A stretch of DNA of 62,571 nt, counting the filler, from Piptocephalis cylindrospora (taxonomy: Eukaryota), in NCBI GenBank assembly GCA_003614145.1. It is 20 parts of 20 records of this genome, joined end to end, with 100 filler letters (N's around TTAATTAATTAA, not from the genome) between each part and the next. Parts side by side here need not be neighbours in the genome. Positions count along the whole stretch, not along the records: positions 37,782 to 40,818 come from KZ988769.1; positions 40,919 to 43,840 come from KZ988770.1; positions 43,941 to 46,970 come from KZ988771.1; positions 47,071 to 50,097 come from KZ988772.1; positions 50,198 to 53,223 come from KZ988773.1; 15 more parts are not named here. One strand, written 5' to 3'. This document shows positions 37,782 to 50,404 of this stretch, piece after piece. Position 1 is the stretch's first letter, and the number at the start of each line of letters is the position of its first letter. The notes under the pieces were generated by a model. That model saw only the letters and a list, made by a program, of their open reading frames with translations. It made no database searches and was not told the DNA's origin. Made by a program: the position numbers and the translations under genes.

Positions 37782-38279
37782 TTGCAGATCGTTCGTCTTG
37801 GGCCTCAGAGGAAGAAAAAGGGCCATGCTACGAACACTAATAAGATCCACTTGTAGGAGGTAGAAGCCATCAGCGCTGTACTTATCTAGACTTCCAACCG
37901 GACTCGGGCCGTAAGGAATAGGGAAGGAGCATAATTTGGCGTTATGGTAGGCATGCAAACGAGGGACAAGGTAATTGATGTGAAAGAAGACCAGTTTACC
38001 CCGGATAACCATACTGGTCTTGAGGGGAGACGAGGGGTAGGTCTTGGCACACCAAGATTTGAGTTTCTCTGGAACGACACCAACGTATATAGCAAATGGC
38101 TCGTCGATGGGTTCATGTTGGGCTGTTTGATCGAAGATTTCCCGAAGCAAAAGGGCCTGGTGAAAAGCAGGGGAGAAAAATGGTGGGGCCCTGAAAGAAG
38201 AAGACCTGAAGCTAGTACTAGATGAGGTAGTGGACCGGGATGGAGTCTGAGGAAAATGATGAATAGGAATGCTCAACAT
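37782..38279 (-). CDS. Hypothetical protein, truncated
   Basis: Open frame to the contig edge with globular-looking composition; no family recognised. Confidence 0.35.
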
Positions 38280-39616
38280 TACACAAGTTAGAAGCCTTAG
38301 AGAGCTATTGCTAATTACTGAAGAGTCGCTGAGTTGGCCTCATGGCTATGGTATTCCTCAGAAGGGAGAAGAGAAGGAGGCACTGGACAGAGAGTGTCTC
38401 TATGGATGAGGCATTTCGCATGATGAATGGGATAGTGATATGGATAATCTAACTGTGAATGAGAAAGAAGATGTGGATGTCGTTCAGATCGGGCCGATAA
38501 ATGTCAAGTAGTTGCCAATATCTGTTTATAAGAAGAGAAAATGAATGGAAAGGGTTCAACGGGGAAGGTTGGATCAAGAGAGAGAGGTAGGTAGGGATAA
38601 AGCAGACAAGGCCGGAGGGAAGAATACATAGCGTACTTTTAGGCTTTCTCTTGAGCCTTTGAGGGAAACCCTCCATCTAGGCTATTCACAAAAAAAGGCG
38701 CTATACCCATTGGAAAACCTATGAGGATTTTAAAGCAAAAGCTGGGTGAGGAACGGTCTTGCTTCATGTGCTGAAGAATAGGACTGTGATTTTGACACTG
38801 AAGCGCTTCAATGTTCCCTCCCTGAGAGGTACAAGAGGTAGCTTCCGCCAGCATGGGAGGATATGAGGAGAGACTGGAGAAAAGCGCTGGCCTAATCGAT
38901 AGTTGCCACAGAGAATCTCGAAGCTTGTTGGTAGCCTAGAGGAGACTTAATGTGTCAGATGGATGTGGACTGTGGGGGTAATTGGCGGCCCACACATCAG
39001 AAGGGCAAGCTCTTCCAGAGGATATGTGTGAAGATGGATATGGGTGTATGTCTGTGTTTGCTAGGAAGCACCAGATAACTTTGAGCGCGCGTACAAGAAA
39101 TGATCTGAGCCAGGAGCGCTCTAATCACAGGATACGTGCTTGAGAAAGCCTATGCTAGAGACGCACCGATCAGGGAAAAATCTGGAAGTATTTTAAGGCA
39201 ATAAGAAAAGGTAATATCTCCTATTCTGGGATTCATCCTTTCCTATCTTCCTTTTTCTCACCTTTACTCTTCCGTTGGTTCGCGTTTGATTCTTGAGACG
39301 CTTGGCTGGATCATTTAGACCATCACAAAGACCATGGGTGCTGCAGCTAGGATTCGTCAAACCCACACTGAATTCAGCCCTCATAGAATTCAAAGCCATC
39401 TCCGCTTTGCTTGCGAAGTCAATCAGACGCGTCAACTCCGCCCAGTCGGTCAGGTGGTATCGTCCATCCTGATACGGCGACCTAGACAAAGGCTCTACCA
39501 TTTCTACCTCTTTCCCGCACCTTAAACATCTCATTCATCATCCATTTTCTTTCTCCCCTTTCACCCACTATCTCCTCTTCCCCTCTCCCTTTTTTTAAAT
39601 CCTTCTCAAGCTCACC

Positions 39617-40818
39617 ATGCCCGTTGCTGAGATGCAAGGCACTGAGCCAGCCGACCTAGGTAAATTCTAATCGCCTTCTCTCCTTCCTCGGCTATAATAC
39701 ACCATTAAACTATCCCAACAGCCGCTGGCACTGAAATTGACGAGTATACCCTGGATGACGGGGTGTTCAAAGGGAGTATGTCGACCCTCAGGACGGCCAC
39801 CAACAAGCTTGGTAAAAAGGTCATGGTCAAGTTTTTTATCCAGGAGACTAGCTATCAACGTGAGCTTTCCTCCCTTCTCGCCCTTCAAGAGGCGGAATCC
39901 AAGGTAGGCAATTGATTCCGTGAAGTAATGAGGTATATCTACCTCATGCTCATCATCCCATACCTTCATTAACCAACCACCGTCCTGAAGAATATCATTA
40001 GTCTGATTGATTACTTTGAGGCGGAAGAGGAGGATGAGTGGTTTCCACAGTCGGTTATTGTCCTTGAGCTGGGGATTGTGAGTCTTCAACTTTGGGCCCA
40101 TGGGAAGCGTCCCGTTTCCGAGGTCTACCTCAAGCCCATCCTTTTGGTAAGAGGAAGAGAGTGCATGGATAATTTCTCCATCATATGGAATCCCTCGATT
40201 CACGGCTACAATATTCTTATATGTTTCCGCGCCCCTAGGACATTCTCGGGGGCTTAGAGTCCATGTATGCTGCTGGATTAGGTAAGTGACTGGATCGTCG
40301 GATACACTACTTTGTCTTCTTTTAACTAGTCTTGAATTTATTCATACTAGGTAATTGATCATCACTCATTATTCCCATTTACTTCAGTACATTGCGATCT
40401 CAAGCCAGGCAATATCATGCAGTTTGCCTGCCCAAGCCGAGATCAAGGGATATGGAAGCTTATTGATTTTGATTGTGCTTGCAAGTACGCTTCAACTTGT
40501 CTAGAGTGCAATGACAGTCCATTTCACTCATCACTATTCTCCTTACAGGGTTGGCCAGCCTGTAAGAGGCCTTACCTTGGACTACTGTGCCCCCGAGGTA
40601 CTCCATGCTACCAGAGCTGGGAAGTCCCTGATGGCTACTCATGCCCTGGATATGTTCTCCTGCGGCCAACTCATCCATTGGATGGCATCCAGTACCCCTA
40701 TCTGGGGAGAGGAGGAAGCCACTGATGCAGTGATGGCGCATATGCTATGTCAGGATTCGGAGCTCTCCATTTCCTCCTCTACCTTTACCCAGCTGCCTGT
40801 GTATCATTTGGTGGTGGA
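39617..40818 (+). CDS. Non-RD kinase paralog (copy B, 3'-truncated)
   Basis: Same exon-intron structure and motifs as 22975-24180 (VMVKFF, VHCDLKPGN, IDFD, YCAPE). Confidence 0.85.
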
Positions 40819-42304
40819 NNNNNNNNNNNNNNNNNNNNNNNNNNNNNNNNNNNNNNNNNNNNTTAATTAATTAANNNNNNNNNNNNNNNNNNNNNNNNNN
40901 NNNNNNNNNNNNNNNNNNTGGGAGAGGTTGGGGGGAGGAAGGACCGATTCCAAGTGCAACCCAACCCAACCTGGCCAGTCCCTTGATTCTCATCTCCTCC
41001 CCCTTCAAACACACACAAGATTTAGACTCCGAACCCCGCCAAGTGCTTCCTAATTGGCCGAGTAAAGGCGGATCGCCAAAAGTCGGAGTCAACACGGACC
41101 ACCACTCTGACCCTCCACACACGTCCTGTTCCAATGGCCGACTCCGCCCTTTCCCCCTTTCTCCCCTTTCCTTTGACCGTCGGTCCCTTGTTGCCATTAC
41201 CACCATCGTTGCTGGGGGGAAAAGCCCCGGATCTCCCACACCCATGGCCTCACCGCCCCTTTTTTTCCTCCCCCTAAATTCACCCCTCTTTCCCAGCCTT
41301 CTTCGTGCCTCTAGCCATCATGTCTGTCCTTCTCCCCAATTCACTCTACCATTTGGAATACACGTGCACATCCACACACGTACTCTCCCTCCCCATCCTA
41401 CCCTTCTCCTAGCCATCTCTCCTTCCCCTACCGACTGCATGTGCGCGCATCAAGGCCTATCCTCCGCCCATACATACACACCACCACCACTCCATGACAT
41501 CCCCTTTCCCCCTCATCTCATCCTATCGTGGCATCCTTGTTCATCATCCCGCCCCTCCCTCTCCTTCCCTCTCGTCATTGACCAGGCCGAAGGGGAAAGG
41601 GGAAGGGGCGCGTGTGTGTATAGATGTGTCCTTGTGGAAGGAGGAAGTGGAAAGGGAGATAGGCAGGTCCGTGTGGGCATGAATGCTTCATCCATTCATT
41701 CCTCTTTGTCTCCCCGAGCGTTTGCTTACGTAGGTGGATTGGAAGGTCAATTTACACATTTAACATGTTCACAACTACTTAAACAACAGCATCCTATCCT
41801 CCTCCCCTTCTATCCGTTACATTCATCCTCACACCTTCCTCCTCTCCTCGGCCTTCTTATTTACACCAACTTTTTGTCGTCGTCGTCGTCGTCGTCGTCG
41901 TCACCGCCCTATTTCTTCTCCTAGTCTCTCTTGTTTTCATCTTGTCTTGGCCTCCTCTCTGCATCATCGCCCTCTTCTTGCCTTTATACATTTCTATTGG
42001 CCCCGGCCCATCCTCGCGTCTTGAACTCCTTCCTCTCTCCCACCTCTCCTTTCCTTTCTCCCATTACATCTCGTCGTGGTAATCCTTTCTTTTATCCTCC
42101 CTCCGGCTCGTCCCTGTCCCCATCCACCTATCCCTTCCTATCACCTCAGCCTGGCTCCCATCCAACACGTAGAATCGATCAAGCGCCCCATCCTTATTCC
42201 CTCTTTTTGGTACCCTCCCTCTCTCCCCCTTTTGTCAAATCTGATCCCTCGATCCTCAACACCTTGGCTTCCCCCTTTGCCTTCAAACTCACACAGAATC
42301 AGCC

Positions 42305-43036
42305 ATGGCTTATTACTCTATGCACCTGGATCTCTCCAATCCGCTGGGGCCCCATGACCCCAGCCCCTTGCCCTTAAAGGCCTATCTTCCATCACAGGTC
42401 GCGTGCGGTGGGGTTCAGGGCACTTGGTCCCTGCTTCCCCCTATGCCTCCTCCTTCCCCGGGATCCCCAGCCCTGAGCTTCCGTAGCGACTCGGACTCCT
42501 CCAGTCTCTTCTCCTCCTCCCCCTCCTCCTCCCCAGCTCAAAGTCCACTGCTTCCCCCACTCTCTCCATATTCTTCGGAATGCCTCTCTGTGTCTCCCTC
42601 GTGCATGCCCTCCTCTGCCATTGCACCTCCGCCTCATACTTCTGTACCATCTCTGGCCCCGACGCCTCCTCCATCCTCTCCGTTGGCCTCGGCAACAGTT
42701 GCTCCAAAGGAACGGTACAGCTACGCTCGGTCTCTTCCCAAGAATCTACCCTCCCCTCCTGGCTCCCCGGGCTCCTCACTTCTTCCTCCCATGGACCCCT
42801 CTTCCTCCCTTAATAATACCATTGGATGTGAAAGGAAATCGTGCTCCATCGCCTCCCCTGAGCCCCCGGTACGTCGGGACACCGATCCCCTGGCTGCGGG
42901 ACGGGCCTGGTTCCACGCGGTTGTCAGGGCAAGGGTGGAGAATGGCTTTTCTAAATATGCCCCTGCCCACGATAATGCCCTCTTTGGCCCTGATTCCTTT
43001 TCCCAAGCAGAATTCAATCTTCTGTCCCGCCCGTGA
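42305..43036 (+). CDS. Pro/Ser-rich hypothetical protein
   Basis: 243-aa ORF in a good GCCATGG context, with two PSPPGSP-like motifs and a short ordered C-terminus. Confidence 0.5.
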   Translation: MAYYSMHLDLSNPLGPHDPSPLPLKAYLPSQVACGGVQGTWSLLPPMPPPSPGSPALSFRSDSDSSSLFSSSPSSSPAQSPLLPPLSPYSSECLSVSPSCMPSSAIAPPPHTSVPSLAPTPPPSSPLASATVAPKERYSYARSLPKNLPSPPGSPGSSLLPPMDPSSSLNNTIGCERKSCSIASPEPPVRRDTDPLAAGRAWFHAVVRARVENGFSKYAPAHDNALFGPDSFSQAEFNLLSRP

Positions 43037-43054
43037 ACCTCGCAAATCTACACA

Positions 43055-43087
<33 letters not shown>

Positions 43088-44620
43088 CCTCGTCCTGTCC
43101 TATTCCTCCCCATGCACATTTCTTCTAAGTAAATGCTCACTCTGTTGATGGCTACCCTGTGATTCCTTCACGTGATTGACCAGGGAAGGGGAGGCAGATA
43201 AGACAGATGACGTGTCGACCAAGTAAATCGCGCAAATCACATCAACACCCTCATTTAATAGGCTATCTTGGTGATTTTGGATGAAGCATTTGCCATCTTC
43301 AACAACCATCTCGCCCATTATCCCTACAGTATTACACGAATAATATTAGTAACAATAATGCAATTACGAATAAGAATCAAAATATTATTGTTATACAGTA
43401 CCCTTCCATCTGTTGACCCTATGTGAAAGAAAACTCATCGTGCATCATGGCCCTGCCTCTTTTATACCCACCGGGATCCCCTCTTCTTCCTTCCCTATAA
43501 GCCAAATAGCCTCATTGCTCATGCTGATTCTGCCTTCCCTGTAGACAGGGCGATGCTGAACAAGATCTGTTGATGTCCACTAGACAGTTGATCCAGTCTA
43601 CATTGTCACGGCCAACAATAAGTCATACATTATCCTCTGGTTTGCACCCCTTATTATCATGGTCGCTCATGAGCCATACCCCCAGCCTTACTTGACCTCC
43701 CCCCCCCTCCCGTCTCCGCTCACACCTCTGATCCCAATCCTCCCCCTTCCCCTCCGCCCATGACACGCCCCGTCTCCCGCCCATTTATCTCTTCACTACT
43801 ACCGTCTGGAACCTCCACCCACGACTTAGTACACCGCTCCNNNNNNNNNNNNNNNNNNNNNNNNNNNNNNNNNNNNNNNNNNNNTTAATTAATTAANNNN
43901 NNNNNNNNNNNNNNNNNNNNNNNNNNNNNNNNNNNNNNNNAGCCATAGTGTGTCAGTAAGTGTCTTGGGGAGGAGGGAGCGAAATAGGGGGAGGGTTCGG
44001 GGTTTGGTGGTATTTGGATGAGGCCAAGCCAAGAGCAAGTAAAGCGGCCATCACCACCGCCGTCTCTCCTGCACTCAGGATGAAGGGCGATAAGGAAGAT
44101 CTGATGGACGGAGGTCACATGCGGTACAGCGAGGACTCTAGAAGCCAGGGACATGCTGGGCTTGGCCAAAGGCATGATTTTGATGAAGAGTATAGGCATG
44201 CCATCGCTAACCAGGGATGATGTTGGGGGAGAGGACTAGGACCCAGGGTATATATATACCATGCATGCATGCGTGATCTATGCATCCGACTTGTCCATTT
44301 GATATACTGACTAGGCCGATTGGTACAAGCAAGGAGTTCATCTCATTCTCCGAGGTTGCAATGCGTTGGTTCGTGAGTGAGCTGCGGTAATACCATGACG
44401 ACCAAGATGACAAGACAGGTGCTGTATATGCGCATCCCCCTACAGGAGGTGCATTAAGACGGAGAGTGTATCCAGATACAAAACATCAACTTGAACAATC
44501 AAAGAAGGGAAAGGTGGGAGATGGATCTTCTCATGCAATCCACTCCGTCTCCTACCCACCATACCCAAGGATACCTTTATCCTTCTCATAGGCCCTCACA
44601 CTCACAGAGTAAGGGATGAT

Positions 44621-46290
44621 TTAAAAGGGAAAGAGAAGAGCGGCAGCGAGCTCGGGATTCCCATTGGCCCTCTTCAATGCATCCATGGCCTGATCCCGAG
44701 TGACCCCAAGGGCCATCAGTACCCGTATCTTCTCCTCGTCCACAGGGGCATAAGCTCCTCCCTGAGCCGAGGATCCAGAGGAATTTGAGTGGGATGGGGA
44801 AGCTGATGCTACTGCTGCTGCTGTTGCTGGCGGTGGAGGCGCCGCTGGAGAGGGAGAAACGGAAGAGGAGGGGGTCACATTAGCTAGAGGGGCACTCGCA
44901 GTCTCGGGCGGAGATCCAGAGGAGGGAAGGTGACTCGCTGCCTGCTGGGCCTCCTCTTCCAATCCTTCCACTTGCGCTACCTTGGGCAGCTGGTGCTCCG
45001 GGAGGAAGGGGACAGTGGCCCCACCGATCAATAGACAATCCCTGCCCAGGTCAATGACCCCCTGATGCCTCTTGAGCATATCCAAACCAAACAATAAATC
45101 CACATGCTTCCCTTCCATCACTGTAAAAGCACAGGAAAGGAAGATGCTGCCCACACGAATCTGCGCACTGTGAATCCTCCCTAGGATCTTTGCTGTCCCC
45201 ACTCCTCTGGCAATCCCTTCGAACCGCTGATCGATCAATCTGTCCAGTCTATCGGAGGAGGAACCACGGAGGGGAAGCATGAGAGGAGGATTAGAAGGAG
45301 GATGTACCCTTCCTAACCCCCATGAACTCAACTGAACGAAAGATCGACTCACCCGCACTTCTTGGCACACTCGGGGGACATGATGGTGGCTTGGGCCCCA
45401 GAATCGACAAAAGCCTTTATGGGGCGGCCATTGACCTCGGTGTCAATGTAGAGCATGTGGACCCGACCAAAAGACTCGGGATTGTACTCCAGGGCCGCCT
45501 CCATGTTGGCCATGATATTCTCCTGCTGGATAGCCTTTTCAATACGTCGTTGCGCCTCGACATTGAAAGGATCGGACATCAAGGCCTGCTCCTCCTGCAG
45601 ACGCTTGGTCTCTGCCTCATGCTTCTGATCATCGATCTCCCGGACCATCCGGTAAAATGCCTCGGGATCATTGTATGCCGCATCCACCAACTTGGGCTGT
45701 GTCTTCCTTAATTGTACTCGTAATCGCTCATCCTGAAGGACATGCTGGCGCATCCCTTCCGGATCTGGCAAGGGCTTTCTTGATCTGAGGGAACATGGGG
45801 CAGGGGATAAGAGGTACTCTGCGGTGTAGGCTCGCCCCGCAGCACACAAACAAGCCGGTCTGTCCAAGTCACTTACGGAGTGGGAACATGGGAAGGATCA
45901 TGAGGAGGAGCCGGCTTGGCCGGGGATCGACGTCGTAGAAGAAGCATATCATCATTTCCCATACCCACTTCTTCAAGGGTTAATCCCTCCTTATCCACCA
46001 CCTCCGTCCCATTGTAAAAAAGGCATTGTTCCTTGATGGGGACGGTCATCTACGAAACAGGACAGGGTGAATGTGTAAATAAGCTATTCGGAGTTGCTCA
46101 AAGAGGAAAAACCAGTGTCGACCTCCCAGCCTTTCAAGGAGCCAAGGTGAAAGACCAGCTTCCCACCCTCCCTCCATCAGCCCACACTTACCTCCACTTC
46201 AATGACCACGCATAGATCACTAACAAGGGTATCGGGCTCCACTTGCAGAACGTGCAAGGCCCCAGTCTCAGTGGTGACGGTGAGGTGCAT
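44621..46290 (-). CDS. DDI1: Ddi1 (UBL, retroviral-type protease and UBA domains), 4 exons
   Basis: MHLTVTT UBL start, [34 protein letters not shown] and C-terminal UBA ([11 protein letters not shown]). Confidence 0.95.
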
Positions 46291-47276
46291 GGCAGTGGAA
46301 GACTAAAGTGGAAGGAATAAGAGAGGAGGGGGAGGGAGAGGGAGAGAAGGGGAGGAAATAACAATGCTCCTCCCACCCGTCCATCCAGCCCATCCAACCT
46401 GGCTCCACTCTTCAATAAGATAGGCCTTGATGGCCTTCATACCTCCGTGTATACGACAAAGCAGGAGGCGTATGGATCAGGGAACACTGCCAAGCCACTA
46501 TGCATCATCCCACCCTCCTTCCAATCTTGTGTGTGTGGTCACGATGTCAATGGCGGGGAGTAGCTAGTATGGACATATACACACGTACAAGGACGCGTGT
46601 GTGTCTAATGCTGCAGTAACACTGACACTGTGCAGTACGGAACACCGCCAGTCCACTTTATGCCACTCATCATGACGTGGTCTTCGTGTTGCTCCAGTAT
46701 GATCAAGCGGGTAGATTTAGGTTCATAAGGAAAAAGCAATACTTCACATATCCTATAATTGAAGAGAAGCATCAGAGGTAAGATGACAATGTTGTGTTGG
46801 AAATGGAGATCTGAATCTCACGATGGAATTAGGAGGGCTTGAAATTTGGTCTTGGAAATCTTAATCAGGGTTTGGCTTTCTTTATCTTGAGGAATCTTGG
46901 ATCGGCAAAATGGGACTTGGGGACGTGTTCTTAACTGGAATCAATTCTTATCAAAGGGTATCTTAATCAGNNNNNNNNNNNNNNNNNNNNNNNNNNNNNN
47001 NNNNNNNNNNNNNNTTAATTAATTAANNNNNNNNNNNNNNNNNNNNNNNNNNNNNNNNNNNNNNNNNNNNCTTCCCCATAGTCCAGCGCTTATCCCAACT
47101 ACTTGTCTATTCCTTCTTTCCCCACTCCTACCCATCCATCTTTATTGTTTGGGTGCGATAATGAAGGGTGGATGCTCGCTCAAGATCCTCCCTCCGCCCT
47201 CTTCCCCTCCTACCTTAGCTATGCGTAGTGTACACCACGAGAAAAGAGAGGAAAGAAAAAGCCGTAGTTAAATTCA

Positions 47277-47996
47277 TTAAACGGTCCCGTATTGACCCGT
47301 ACCCCGGGGATCTCTTCCCTGATGATAGGCTGGATCATGATGGGGTCTGTGGCCCTGCGGATGGAGGGCATGGACAGCAGCCGTGGTTCTCTTCTCGGGG
47401 GAGGAGGGTGACCCGTGGAGGTAATCACGAGCGCGTGCCCGACGACGACGACGTACTTGATAGCAGCAGCACAGGACAATGGTGAGGAGGAGAAAGAGGA
47501 TGGCGGCCCCTAGACCCACCATCAGCCCTGTGTTGCTTCCCCCACTGGCTGCACCAGCATCCTTGCCCTTGAGCCCCGTGGCTGTGGGAGAGGAGGGAAA
47601 GGGATTGCCTCCAATGGTCATGGGACGGCTGGGGCTGGGAGAGGGGAATGGGGCAGCAGGGGAGGAAGGGGAGGAGCCAGAGCTAGGGAAGGCTGAGCCC
47701 CCACCTCCTCCACCCCATCCTTCATCATCTCCCTCATCCCCGTCATCATCACTATCGCCCCCATCACCCATGCTTCCAAATGATTTTTGTCTCCCGCCGC
47801 GAGAGGGCGAAGGGCCATCATCATCGCCATCATCATCGCCCCCACCACCACCCCCTCCTGGTCTGCCCCCAGAGGACGCCACGGAATCCGGGAATGGAGT
47901 GCTGGAGGAGGGACGTTTCCGCGGCTGCTGAGGAGCGGCGGATCGCCTCTTTTCCTCTTCCTCCTTTTTCGCGTGTTTGGAGTGACGGTGACCCAT
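47277..47996 (-). CDS. Single-pass membrane protein with low-complexity N-terminus
   Basis: TM segment LMVGLGAAILFLLLTIVL followed by CCC and RRRRR. Confidence 0.6.
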   Translation of the reverse strand: MGHRHSKHAKKEEEEKRRSAAPQQPRKRPSSSTPFPDSVASSGGRPGGGGGGGDDDGDDDGPSPSRGGRQKSFGSMGDGGDSDDDGDEGDDEGWGGGGGGSAFPSSGSSPSSPAAPFPSPSPSRPMTIGGNPFPSSPTATGLKGKDAGAASGGSNTGLMVGLGAAILFLLLTIVLCCCYQVRRRRRARARDYLHGSPSSPEKRTTAAVHALHPQGHRPHHDPAYHQGRDPRGTGQYGTV

Positions 47997-49105
47997 GGCG
48001 TTGAGAGTAAATTGAGCGTTGAGGTGGGGAAAGAAGGAATAGACAAGTAGTTGGGATAAGCGCTGGACTATGGGGAAGAAAGTTCAAGAGCCAAGATCGA
48101 GTCGTCAGATAAAATGGAACGTAAGGGATTGGGGACGTGGACTAGATGGGAAGGGGCAGGTAGGTAAAGAAAGAGAAGAAGAGAAGAGAGGGAGGGAAAG
48201 AAAGTCAAGGAGGAATCGCCAGGTCAGAGCACAGGTCTTGACCTCTAAAGCTATCAGGGCGGATTTCCAAATCTCATCCTAACGTGGCCTTTCCAGTTCC
48301 AACAACGTCTGGTCGGCTTAGGAGTAAAGGCTGGTCCCTTGGCCCAAATGCCCGACGAAATGAATGGGGAGCGGAGCTTATCTCCTCCCGCTTTCCCCGC
48401 ATCGGAGTTCAATCCTGGAATAGAGTGTATTGATCCAACCACATTGTGTCGTCAAGCAAATGCTCTCCTTTTCTCTAGCACCAGTATGCATCAAATGTGC
48501 GATGATAAATTTATCGTTTCCCCTTTTTAAAAAAGACACGCTCCTTTTTTCAACCAGCCCAGTCAGTCAGGCGGTCAATTAGTCATCCATCCTTTCCTTG
48601 CTTTCCCGTTCCACATACCAAGGCCCACACGGGTACACACGCGCCCCCCTAACCAATCTGGACATAGGATGTGCTCCCCGTTCGTCTCTATTACGCTCCA
48701 AAGCCCCAGGCCTTGGTTCAGCGAAGGACGATACCGATGTCCATCCACGTAGGACCAATCGCCCAGTCTTGACATCATAGGGAGGCGCAGTCCTCGGTCG
48801 GTCATGCCACTTTCGCTCCCTCGCTCCCGTTGCTGTCTTCCTATTGTTCTTTGAGATAGGGCCTTCTTGCCGATGGAATCTTCCTACCAGGGTCACCCAA
48901 AAGGGAGCATCCGTATCCAACTGTACTTATTTATGCCTTTCCATTCCCTTGCATCTTCCCCCTCCTTCCTCTCGGCCATCCATCCTGCCCCCCTCCCTCT
49001 CCCCTTCACGTCGGGTACCCTTACCCATCTCATGTCCCTTGCCCTTCCTTCCTCCTCCCTTCCCTCCACCCTGTACCATCCCCTCCTCCCCTTCTCTGCT
49101 AGTCA

Positions 49106-49627
49106 ATGACCAATTTGGGTGGACCCTTCCTACCTTTCCAAGCCCTCACCCATCCTACCAATATTCACACAGTGGACATGGATGAGGAGGGAGCTCCAGC
49201 CATGCATGTTGGCGTGCGCGAACTGCCCCTGATGGCCTTTGTATCGTTCCTTCTCTTCCTGGCCGGAGGTCTGGCCTTTACTTACTTACGGTTCCGGGCT
49301 CAAGCAAGACCGTCAAGAAGAAGGAACCGGCGGGGCGAGGAGGACTGGAAGCCGCCGAGGCATGGCTGGGCCACGCCCCCGCCCAGGTTCGAAGATGCTA
49401 TCCTTCAGACCCCTCCTGTCATTGTCATTCACGGTGGTGGAGCCCCTCCCTTCCCCCCTCGGCCAGACGAGGAGGCAGGGACGCGTCAATCTTCCAACTC
49501 CTCCAGTACCCAGGGGATTCCCCCCGAATTGAACCATAGTGGCATCTCTATTGTACGAATCCCCTCGGTGCCCCCTCCCGTGTACCTTTCCAAACCTCCC
49601 TCTCCTGCCTCCTCCGTGTCCGATTAG
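49106..49627 (+). CDS. Single-pass membrane protein with a PY motif
   Basis: TM segment LPLMAFVSFLLFLAGGLAFTYL, an Arg cluster, PPPRF and PPPVY. Confidence 0.6.
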   Translation: MTNLGGPFLPFQALTHPTNIHTVDMDEEGAPAMHVGVRELPLMAFVSFLLFLAGGLAFTYLRFRAQARPSRRRNRRGEEDWKPPRHGWATPPPRFEDAILQTPPVIVIHGGGAPPFPPRPDEEAGTRQSSNSSSTQGIPPELNHSGISIVRIPSVPPPVYLSKPPSPASSVSD

Positions 49628-50404
49628 TCATGATGATACCTCTTCCACCCCCTCCCTAGTCCTATGACACATTCTTACGTTTATACCTCCCCTCAACGGA
49701 ACAATCCCTCTCACATGAATACTATATGCTTTCCTCCTTTTTTTCCTCCCCGTTTGCATCAAGGCCACAGTTAAGGGAGACAAGAGGCACAAGCGCATAA
49801 GTTTATCTAGGCTAATCAAGCATAGAAGGCTCAAATACCAAATTGAAGTGTATCTGGAGACTAAGGCCCTGCTGGCGCAGCCAAGGCCCCATGTCATTCT
49901 CACAAGGGTGCCCATCAGATCTACAAGGAAACGGTGAGACGGCTGCTTACTTTGGGAAGAGCCCTGCTCAGGCTAAGGCTAGGATTGGGTCAGGAGATGA
50001 GGATTGGCATGAAGGATTAGGATCGAAATGGTATTGGACGACAGGAGCGTATACAGACGAAACAAGGTTAATCACAAGAATAGTAAGTGCCTATCCANNN
50101 NNNNNNNNNNNNNNNNNNNNNNNNNNNNNNNNNNNNNNNNNTTAATTAATTAANNNNNNNNNNNNNNNNNNNNNNNNNNNNNNNNNNNNNNNNNNNNGTG
50201 TGTGCGTGTCTTTGTGTTTGTCTGCTTCCTTTGGTTTTTCACTGTAAAATTCTCTTGTTTTTTGTCTCTTTCTCTTCTCCCGCTCGCTCCTCACCCCTCT
50301 TCTGTTTTTTCTTTTTTTTCTTCCGCCCCCCCCCCCCCCCCCCCCCCCTTCTATCCTTCCTTCCTTCCTTTCTTCCCTCCCTCTCTCCCACATCAAGCTC
50401 CGTC

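Noticed and set aside
40983..42377. Long Pro/Ser/Leu ORFs (313 aa, 148 aa)
   Set aside because: CT-rich non-coding DNA lacks stops by composition, and both ORFs have non-ATG starts.
45000..45500. Retroviral-type aspartyl protease motif (DSGAQ) as an LTR element
   Set aside because: It is the protease domain of the host gene DDI1, between UBL and UBA domains.
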